Origin: Vicugna vicugna
Lineage: Eukaryota
DNA length: 64,000 nt
NCBI GenBank assembly: GCA_013265495.1
Contig: MU057640.1
Location: forward strand, 629,303-693,302
Direction: 5' to 3'
A program made the position numbers and the translations under genes. Under the pieces are notes generated by a model. It worked only from the letters and a program-made list of their open reading frames with translations. It ran no database searches and was not told where the DNA came from. Shown here piece by piece: positions 51,684 through 61,199 of the stretch; position 1 is the stretch's first letter, and each line of letters starts with the position of its first letter.

Positions 51684-52538
51684 GTTTTTTTTAATACTAG
51701 AAACCCAGTTGTAAATCATTTTATTTGAGTTATTTGATCTTTCAGATTATTTATACTTTTAGATTACCTGGGGCCACTGTTCTACATCAAAGCAGGTGCT
51801 AGAAAGTTGGTTGAAGAAGAGATGTCTGCTTCATGTGGATTTGACTTTTGTAATCTTGCTTTTTCTGATATTCTGATAGTAATAATAGCTACTGTTTATA
51901 TATTTTTATGCCAGGTACTTTGATAAGCATATTTTTCTTTGACTATTTCTTTAATTGAAGTATAGTTCATTTATGATATTGTGTTAGTTTTCAGATGTAC
52001 AGCATAGTGATGTAGTATCTTTGCAGATTATATTTCATTACAGACTACTACAGGATAATGGGTATAAATCCCTGTGCTATACAGTATATCCTTGTTGCTT
52101 ACCTATGTTCTATGTAGTAGTTTGTGTCTGTTAATCCCATACCCCTAATTTATCCCTCGCCCCTTCCATCTCCCCTTTGGTAACCACAAGTTTGTATTCC
52201 ATGTCTTTGACTCTATTTCTGTTTTGCATATACATTCATTTGTATTATTTTTTCTAGATTCCACATATAAGTGATAACATGGAGTATTTGTCTTTCTCTG
52301 ACTGACTAATTTCACTAAGCATAATATTCTCTAGGACCATCCACATTGCTGCAAATGGCAGTATTTTCATATTTTTTATGGCTGAGTAGTATTCCACTAC
52401 ATATTTTTTATATATATATATATGTGTGTATATATTTATATATATATATATAAATACACACACCACATCTTCTTAATATAAGTGTTTATTGATGGACACT
52501 TGGGTTGCTTCCAAGTCTTAGCTATTCTAAATAATGTA
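51684..52538 (-). mobile_element. Younger L1 3' end (51940-52535) plus ~250 bp probable 3'-transduced flank (51693-51935)
   Basis: On the minus strand: L1 end, unique and MIR-like sequence, AATAAA (51725-51720), A8 tail (51692-51685); imperfect TSD aagcataaa (51672-51680) / aagcacaaa (52539-52547). Confidence 0.6.
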
Positions 52539-53124
52539 AAGCACAAAGTTCTAAATTTTGATGAAATCCAATTTATCTATTATTTTTTGTTTGTTTTTGT
52601 TTTTATGTTGTTGCTTGTATCTTTGGTGTTATATGTAATAAATGATTGCCAATCCAATTGAATGAAGATTTATCTAAGAATTTTATAGTATTGGTATCTT
52701 TGATCCATTTTGAATTAATTTTTGTATATGGTGTGAGGTAGGGATCCAACTTCATTCTTCAATTTCATTTAGTTGTTCCAGCACCATCTGTCACAAAGAT
52801 GATTTTTTTCCCTCATTAAATTGTTTTGGCACTTTTGTTAAAAATCAATTGACCACAAATGTATGGATTTATTTTTAGACTCTCAATTCTACTCCATTGA
52901 TCTAATGTCTTTCCTTATAGCAGTACCACACTGTCTTGATCACTGGGGCTTTCTAGCAAGTTTTACAATTGGGATACTTCTACTTTCTAGGTCTCCCCTT
53001 TTAGCACACACAGCAAAGGCTGAGAGTGGCTTGAGTGGAAGAGCCTGACGAGGTGGGCTGGGGATGTGTAGGGAGAAGTAGAGCTGTGGAAGGAGATAAG
53101 TTAGCAGGATTCAGGTGACCTAGT

Positions 53125-53215
53125 CTTTAACCCTTGTCCTGCCATAGATCTGTGTAACCTTAAGGAAGTCATTTGATATACCTGTGCCTTGGCTTCCTAT
53201 TCTGTAGAATGGAGT
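53125..53215 (+). mobile_element. MIR fragment
   Basis: ctgtgtaaccttaaggaagtcattt...ctgtgccttggcttcctattctgtagaatgg. Confidence 0.7.
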
Positions 53216-54119
53216 CTCTGGGCTAGTTGATTGTTAAAGGAATTTTCAATTCCTAGAGGCATGAGAGTCTAAGTTTCCAAAGGCAAAGTCAATCCTAGGA
53301 CCCCCCGATTTTATAGCTAAGCATTCATTAGACTTTCACTCACTTGGAACTTAGGTATGAGACAGAAAATGTAGATGATGACTCTGGATTATCTTGTCAT
53401 ATTTTGATAGCACACGTAGCTATCAATGAATCATTGACCATGGTGGTGTCTAAAGGACTCAGGACGCAACTGGAAGAGCTCTTACTTGGCCCCAAATGGG
53501 GCATTTTGGACATTAATAGGGAAAATAATGATGGATCAAAATACACTACGTAGAGTTAAATTCATGAGTCCATAATGATGCTGTAAAAACTCCAAGTATT
53601 TGGAACTTCTGGACCTTGAGATCTCTAACAGAGAAGCGCCAGGTCATCCCTTTACTCAGCCTGGGTTACATGGCCGCATCACCACCCCATAGATCCCTGT
53701 GTCCCTGGGGACTGTTCCAGCACTTCCCTTCCAGGTAGCTTTTATGATTTTGTTATTGTGTTAATCTATTTGGAGGAGGCATGGGTGCACTCCAGAGTTA
53801 CTGAGTTATTGGTAAGGGGTCTATAAAGCTCTACTTGCTAACTGCATAAATAATGCCTCACTTCGGTGTGTACAATTGCTTCCCTTTGTTTTCCAAGGAA
53901 GTTGCTTCTGTTAGATGAAGAATCATGCATCCTCTTCAGTGTGTGTGGGTTTTGTGATCATGTGCTTTCTCAAATGGGGCTCATGGACTTTGGAGGATTA
54001 AAAAGATAGCTTTTTACTGAAGAAGTTGTGGCCAATGGGCTGGAAGGGTGGATGGTAGCTCTGATCTTCCTCCTCGCCTCCCTGCTCTGGGCCTCAGTTT
54101 CTTTATGTATAGAAACAAA

Positions 54120-54475
54120 ACACTGAGGAATGTACTGCTGATATAGGCAACAATGTGCATTGTGCTAAGTGAGAGAAGCCAGACTCAAGACGCCAATACT
54201 GTATGATCTTCTTTGCGTGTCTTTCTGGAAAAGGCAGAACTGGAGGCTCAGAAAACAGATCAATAGCTGCCCGGAATGGGGGTGGGGAGGGGGGAGGGGA
54301 TTAACCATAATGGGGCTAGAGGGAACTTTTGGAGGTGATGGAATTACTCTCTCTATATCTTGATTTTTGGTGATGGTTACATCACTGTGTAAGTTGGTCA
54401 AAATTTATAACACTATATCTAAAAAGGGTGAATATTACTGTGTGTAAATTATACCCCAATAAACAAGCAAAACAT
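54120..54475 (+). mobile_element. Old L1 3' end (L1MB/ME-like)
   Basis: gctaagtgagagaagccagactcaa...ggaacttttggaggtgatggaa...tgtaaattataccccaataaa. Confidence 0.8.
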
Positions 54476-54479
54476 AAAA

Positions 54480-54512
54480 CACACACACATACACACACAC
54501 ACACACACTCAC
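54480..54512. repeat. (CA)n microsatellite
   Basis: Read directly from the sequence. Confidence 0.9.
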
Positions 54513-56928
54513 AAGCGGACTAGAAAATCTCTCAGGTCCTCTCTGTGCTAATACTGAGTTTCTGTACTGCGGGTGCCATCACGGGCAGGGCAGCAGCAAG
54601 AGGTAGCCAGGGCTGCCTCTCGTTTTGAAACTTTCTTTCCCTATTTGCTCCTGCCCTCCCCCAACTCAGAAGAGTCTTCCCATGATGAAATGGGAGAAAG
54701 AGGGAAAAGCAGTTTCCTTTACTTGGTTGGCCATTTTAGGGACGAAACCCTCCCTCCATGCAGGCTGGCGTGGGCCTGAGGGATGTTCTCCCGGGACAGA
54801 GACCTTGTCCAGCTGCTCGTCCCAGCTCCGAGGACTGAGTAACTGGCCCCAAAACGGAATATTTTTGAACAAGAACTCAGACTCCAATCCCAAGGAAGCA
54901 GCTACAAAGGCTTGTCGGATAAACAAGAATGCAGATGGAGCGCTAAGACGCCCGCCCCAGTTTCCATCCAGGGTCTGCAGGAGGCGCCCCCAGCCTCTGC
55001 CCTGCTATTAACGAGGTCTAACGTGGGGTTACTGATTGAGGCCGTCCAGGTTACACACAGTGAGGGAACCAGGCCTTCGCTGGGAAGGAGAGAGCAAGGG
55101 CTTGTCACAGGCAGAGAGAGACCATCACCTGCACAGGCAAACAAAACCCACACCTCCGGGCTGGCAGGAAGGGCTGGGGAAAGCTGCCTGGCAGGGATCT
55201 GCAGAATCTTCCACCTTCACTGTCTTCCACCTTTTTACCGCCTCCCAGGGCCTCTCTTAGCTGCAGTAACAGCTAATACCAGCCCCCATTCCGTGAGCAC
55301 TTACTAGGTCCCAGGCCCAGGCTAAACCCTCTAAGTTAATTCACAACAAGTAGAAGATTTTGAAATCCTTACCCTGTTTTACAATTGAGGAACATAGCAC
55401 TCAGCCCGAGGTGTGCGGCCCAGGCACTGCAGTCAGGGGCTGTTCCTGTTTCATCTGCTGAAGTAAGTCGGATCCGGCTGGACAGGCTGCAGGGCTCTGA
55501 GAGGACTGAGCCTGTGCCTTACAGGGCCGGAGCCCAACAGAGAGCTCTGTTCCAGATGGAGGTACTTTACCCTCCCCAAGCCCCTGTAAAACAAGCCAGA
55601 GCCTGCAGCCTTTCCGTGGCCAGGGGGCCCTGCCCCTCGATGTGCAGGGTCTGGGACAGATCCCATCACCCCCACTGCAGGTGCTGGAGGGCTGGGTGCA
55701 GGGAGAGTGGCGCGGGGCAGGTGTCGGAAGTCCCAGTGAGAGGAGCTAGGAGTTCACAAGGATGCTTCTGCTCAGGAAGGCAGGTTGGGGGAAAGCATGC
55801 TGGCAGAGCTCTGTGGCCCAGTGGGGAATCAGTGCGCTTCCTGGATGCTTCTCCAAACCGCAGAGTTTGGAAGCTGCTACATCCCAGGAACAGTCCAAGG
55901 ATCAGAGACACCTGTCAGAGGCCCTGAGAAACTGGGAGCTGTCACCAAGGAAAGGGACAGCCTCATGCCCTTTATGCCAGAATTCCCCAAAAGGATGTGG
56001 GGAGAGAGGAAGCAGTCAAGAGGGATGTAAGACAATTGTGGGTGGGCACAGCTTAGTGTTATAACCAATATCTCGAAATCTCCACTGCCACCTTGGACCT
56101 GAAACAGATCTCGGTGCTTGGCAGTCAGCGGGATCATGTGATAATGACAGCTTGCTAAACAAAGATCCTGGAAATATGCCAGATGGCTCAGCTGGGAGGG
56201 AGGAGTTCCAGGTTCCCTGGTGGTGGCCACAATCGAGGAGGACAGGGAAGTATGGCTCTTTTGCGGTGGGGCCAGGACCTGACAGTGGGATATGACACAG
56301 ACCTGACACTTCAGGGGCTGTCGCAGGTGTGGCCTTAGTCTTGACCTTGTGAGACAGGAAGTCTTGCTCTGGGAGATGGCCCAGAGGTTGGGAGACAAGC
56401 TGGTTCCTTTGCAGATGTGACTGAAGACCCATTCCCACACTCCTGAGATGGTTTCTACTTTCGGGAGCAGAACCTCTGCTGCTGAAGCAAACCGCTAGGT
56501 GCCGGCCTCACCGTTGATAGGAGTGCAGTACCGTGGTTCCTTTTGACCTTGTTCTCCATCTCCTCTCATCAGCCTGGCTTCCAGGCTCTCAGAGCCCTGC
56601 TGCTTTGGCGTGAGTGGAAGATGAGGTTGTCTGTCGCTCAGGAAACCAAGGCTCCCTGTAAGGATCACTGTCAGTGTGCAGCAGACTTCCACCTTGGGAC
56701 TTGATTTACAAGTGTCTGGCCACTGCTGACACTCACCCGGCCACTGGGTTTTGTGACTGAGCACAGACCGTGGGGCACAGAGACCACCCAGCTAAGGAGA
56801 CCTCAGCAGAGTTAGGGGCTTCAGCCTTCTGGAGACACTGCCACCCCAACTTACTGGGATGTGTCTCCTACCCCAGAGCTTCCCCGAGCTGTTCAGCATC
56901 CAGCTTGGGAGTGAAGGGAAAATAGGCC

Positions 56929-56987
<59 letters not shown>

Positions 56988-56996
56988 TGTGTGTGT
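56929..56996. repeat. (GT)n microsatellite, ~34 units with two interruptions
   Basis: Read directly from the sequence. Confidence 0.95.
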
Positions 56997-57104
56997 TATA
57001 ATGGGGCACAGTGGGGAGTCGGGAAGAGTGGTAGATTGTTTCTTCTAGTGGCAAATCCTGCCCAGCAAACCCCCAAACCAAGGAGCCACACAGAGTTAGT
57101 TGGA

Positions 57105-60100
57105 TAACAGTGGGTTCAAGTTATTTATTTTCAGATGGTACCAGCATGTTTGGTTCTGGGGTCCGATCCCCAAATTCCAGAAAAATAAACTAATGAGAAC
57201 CACATGCACTATGAGAAGGCCATTCCGATGTGTCTGTGATCATGCGGTGAGTGGGCAGAGAATGCAGACCAGGAGCCCTCGGCGTTGTGCGGGGCCTCTC
57301 TCCTGGGACTGCTGACAGCAGCTGGCTCTGAGCCCTCATGGGGACTGGGGAGAGGGCCGAGGCCGGGTCGTTTGGACCCTGTCCGTTTATGGCCCCGGGC
57401 CCTTTATTGCTACATTTGCTACTTTGCTACTTTATGGCCCCTGGGTTGTGCCTAGGGGATGCCTTACCAGTGGGTGGTACTAATGAGTAGGCTGCTGGCG
57501 TCTGCCGTTGCCATGGTTACATAAGCACAGACCTCTCTTCAGCGGGTCCCATGGTGAGTTCTTGGGAATTCATTTGGCCACTATCCGATTGTGCCGCACA
57601 TGGTCCTCGCTACATACACAGCTCAGTCAGCCCCTTTGGAGGCTGGTGGCATATTACCTTCCCCCCTCAGGGCTTTCCAGCTCCTGAACTTTGCTGGAAC
57701 ACCTCCCTTTAATACAAAGACCAACAGCCCTCCATCCTTTCCAGCTTCCGGGAAGGCTTCCTAGGGGTGGCTTTTGAAGCCCATGCATTTGGAGCCTAAT
57801 GAGAGGAGTGCATTTTAGGAAAAACATCAACTTCTACCACCAGCCAAGAGGCCAGATGGGTGGCAGTCTCCTGCTTCATGCCCTGTTGGTGAGGTAGTTT
57901 GAACACACCAGGAACCCTGCTACAGGAAAAGCCCCCGGAGCACATCCCAGTGTGTTCACTGGTCTAAGAAGCAAGTCAGAGTGGTGAGAGGTCCCTCCCG
58001 AGTGCTGGCCTGTATCTGACTCCTTGGCAGTGGTGGGCCTGGAGCACGGTCCGGCTGACTGCACTGGTGGGCTGGGCCCTGCTGCATCCCAGGGTACAGC
58101 AACACCCTTCCAGTAGAAGAAAGCATCCCTTCCTGGAAGGCAGGAGCCCTCACCCCAGTACAGAGAGCTCCCGCTGCTCCGGTCAGGCCCTCTGGCTGCT
58201 GCGGGGTGGGCATTTACACGTGCCAACCTGCAAGCTTTACTCTTCCCATGTCGGCAAAGTTTATTTCAGTCAGATGCTTGATGCCTGGTACCTGGTGTCT
58301 GACCAGATGGGTGGGTGATCACTTCTAAGACTGCCCTGATGCTTCGGCCATGGGGCTGCCTACATGATATTTGCCCTGTGAGCCCTCGTTGGGAAGAGTC
58401 CCACATCCAGAGACTGTGCCCAGTCAAGGGAGCTAAGGCAGGACAGGGCAAAACAAGCAAAGTTTCTTTTGCTACAGAATTGCCTTCTAAAGTCTAATCT
58501 GGTCTGAACTTTTGCCTGTGTCAACCAGGCCAATGGACAACTGGCCAAGACCAGATTTTTCAAGTGTACGTGCATTCTAAGGTCTGCATGGTAGATTGAC
58601 CTTGGACAGGTCAACTTGGGTAGAGCAATCTTGTTCCACTCCCCTGCTGCTGGGTGAGATCTACTGGGGAGCACGCGGTGGGGATCATAGGACCAAGCAT
58701 GCCTTGGCTGGGAGGCAGGATGAGGGGCTTATTGCTCTGGGTTTGAATCCATCTGAAGCATCCTTACGTCTATAAAGCCTGGTGGATGTCCCCAGAGGTG
58801 TCTGGAAGCCTTCAGCAGGCTCCATCTCAGGGCTACAGCCCACCTGGCTCTGGAGGATCCACCCTCCAGGGTGGGTCATGCCTCAGGAGCTACAGCCAAG
58901 AGGTCACAGAAGTCCTGGCCAGGGAAACCACCCCTGCTCTGGCTGCAGCCCTGAGGAAGGACAGGAGGGCTCCAGGCCCTTGCTCAGGGTAACTGAAAGC
59001 ACAGAGGCTCCTGCCATTCTGGAACTGCCTTTGCCCCCATGCCCTGTACCTCACTGTCAGCACAGCCCGGGCACCTGAGCAGGGAGCGGCTGCCTGCGGG
59101 CAATGTTGGGTGCAGAGGAAATTGATCTGTGACTTTGTTCTGAAACAGGAGGTCTATGTGAAAAACAAGGGATTAAAAAAAAGGTGGGATGAGGAGGAGG
59201 GGTTCAGAAGATCCCACAACATGGGAAAGGGCTTCACCTAACTCATTCACTCAACTAGGATCTGCCAAGTGTCACCGAGAGCAGGGCTCTGTGCTGAGAT
59301 CGTGTGTGGCAAGAGGGTGAGGGAGTGTCTGCAGGGAATCTGGGTTAATAGCGCCCCCTTTGGAGACACTCTGAGGGCTCAACATAGTATCTCATGTCCA
59401 CTGTACTTCAAAGTGAGAGCAACTACTGCCATGGGGAAACTGAGGCTCGGGGGTCAAGAACCCACCAGGGTACCAGGGGAATCACGACTCCTCCTGACCA
59501 CGGTGGCCCTGTGTGAGGGACAGAAGTGGACAGCCTGGGGACAGTGCCCTGTGCAGTCAGACATACGACAGGGCAGGAAGGAGGGCTTGGAAAGATGGTC
59601 CTAGGGGAGCACCCAGGAGGCAGCGCCTGCAAACAAGCTTATGAACCTCGACAGCTGGTGCATTTGCCCAGATGAGTAAAGAAATACCAGTGATCGCTGT
59701 TTTGCTTCTGCGTTTGCTGTTTATACACTCCCAAGGGAGGTTTTTCACCTCTGGCCAAAAAGAGATCAAAGGAGGATGGTCATAGCAAGTGAATGGAGTG
59801 GGAGGGTGAGTGTCTGAATTCAAAAGCAGGCTGCTTATACCGCTCTGTCCAAGGGCCTATGGGGGTCACAGCGATGACAGTGACAACAAGGAGAGTAATC
59901 GCTACCATTTGCTAAGCACCTACGACACGTCAGGCACCTGCCTCGGTTCTGTACATCGCTCCCTGGCAGCCAAGTTGGCGGAGGGTCATTTTGACACATA
60001 CACAAGGGGAGACAGTGGGTCTTATGCAGGTGTCCGCAGGTTTAGCTCTGTGTCTGCGCTTCCCTGTGATGACTGACATCGTGGAGGGGATGCCTTGGCT

Positions 60101-61148
60101 GGGCTGTCATCAGAGAGCCACCGGGCCCTGGCCTAGCCCCTGGGCAGCAGATTCCACCAGCTTCTGGCACAACTGAGACGTGGCCGTGGGGGCGCCTCTG
60201 TCTGGGCCCCTCCCAGCTTCCACGGGGGGCTGCCAGAGGGGAGCATCCCAATGGCCCCTAAGGTCATGGCCACTTTTATTTTGAGTAAGACATGGGGGAG
60301 CACACCAAGGAGAGAGGGGGCAACAACAGAATAAATTACGAACTGGTAAAAATTTTAAAAGATGGTCAGAACCCTCACGGCTATTAAACCACCAACTCTT
60401 TCATCTCCATCACTGCTTCCTCTCCTGTTGGGCCCTTGAGACATTTGACGGGCGCCGAGGGCAGCCGCCAATGCCTGAGGAGTCCTCTTTGAAAGGTGGC
60501 CTCAGAGGGGGTTGGAAGAATTTGAGGTGCTGCAATCCATGAAGTGGCTCAGTGCTGACGATGTGATGGGGGCGTGTGGAGTGAGGGTGGCTTGGTCCTG
60601 GCTCCTTATACCCAGTGGCCGCAGAGATGGGGGGAGGCAGGAGGCGGTTGGGACACTGTGGTGTAACTAGGGTGGGTGCTGGGGGTGCTCCGGAGAGGTG
60701 GTGGGGAGGTGGGCATAATACTGGATGTACTCAGGGCCGGCTGGTCCCTCTTGAGTTTGCTGGAAGGCGTGATCCCCCAGACAGCAGGAGGAGTGATGAC
60801 AGTCAGAAAATACCCTCAGGTGATAGTCACAACAGATGCCCCACGGGTTTTCTCCCCAGAACGAGCCAGGGACCAGGACCTCTGAGAGCGGGGTGTCAGT
60901 ACACAACTGTACAAGGAAGAGAGGCTTGTACACAGGGGCCTCTGCCAGGCTGACCCCAGGCTCTGTGGACTCTCTTTCTGGCCTCCCTCTGGTTCACCCA
61001 CCACGTCTCCCCACCGACGCCCATCACGACCCTCACTCTTTCTCTTTCACAGTGACCAGATCTCCCCGCAAGGCAACTCTGTCCGCGGAAGTGGAGCGCC
61101 GCCGCCTGCCCGCGTGGTCCTCGGGCCCGGGCCCTGCGGGGGGGACCG
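57105..61148 (-). other. RGS6: RGS6 3' UTR (~4 kb)
   Basis: Follows the RGS6 stop; minus-strand AATAAA at 60280-60275, 58265-58260, 57408-57403 and 57129-57124; the distal one gives a ~4.1-kb terminal exon, in line with my recollection of human. Confidence 0.6.
57124..57129 (-). terminator. RGS6: Candidate distal RGS6 poly(A) signal
   Basis: Minus strand reads ctgaaAATAAAtaacttgaaccc with downstream GT-rich ctctgtgtggctccttggtttgg. Confidence 0.55.
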
Positions 61149-61199
61149 TCAGGAGGACTGCATCAGGCCGGTGAGGCGCTTGCCCGCCAGCGACTTTCC
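61149..61199 (-). CDS. RGS6: RGS6 terminal (alpha) coding exon: GKSLAGKRLTGLMQSS*
   Basis: Minus strand: UG/pyrimidine-rich tract ...gctgtctctgcag|GGA AAG TCG CTG GCG GGC AAG CGC CTC ACC GGC CTG ATG CAG TCC TCC TGA, the RGS6 alpha C-terminus as recalled; convergent DPF3-RGS6 arrangement matches known synteny. Confidence 0.95.
   Translation of the reverse strand, partial: GKSLAGKRLTGLMQSS

Larger units (their letters stand above)
50200..52970 (-). mobile_element. L1 (L1MB-like) host element, interrupted twice
   Basis: Antisense L1 text at 50200-51010, 51514-51683 and 52539-52970 reads continuously once the two inserts are removed. Confidence 0.8.

Noticed and set aside
59349..59364. CTCF-like site (minus strand ...AGGGGGCGCTA); similar partial matches at ~10353 and ~38277
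   Set aside because: Only part of the motif matches; cannot be supported without ChIP data.
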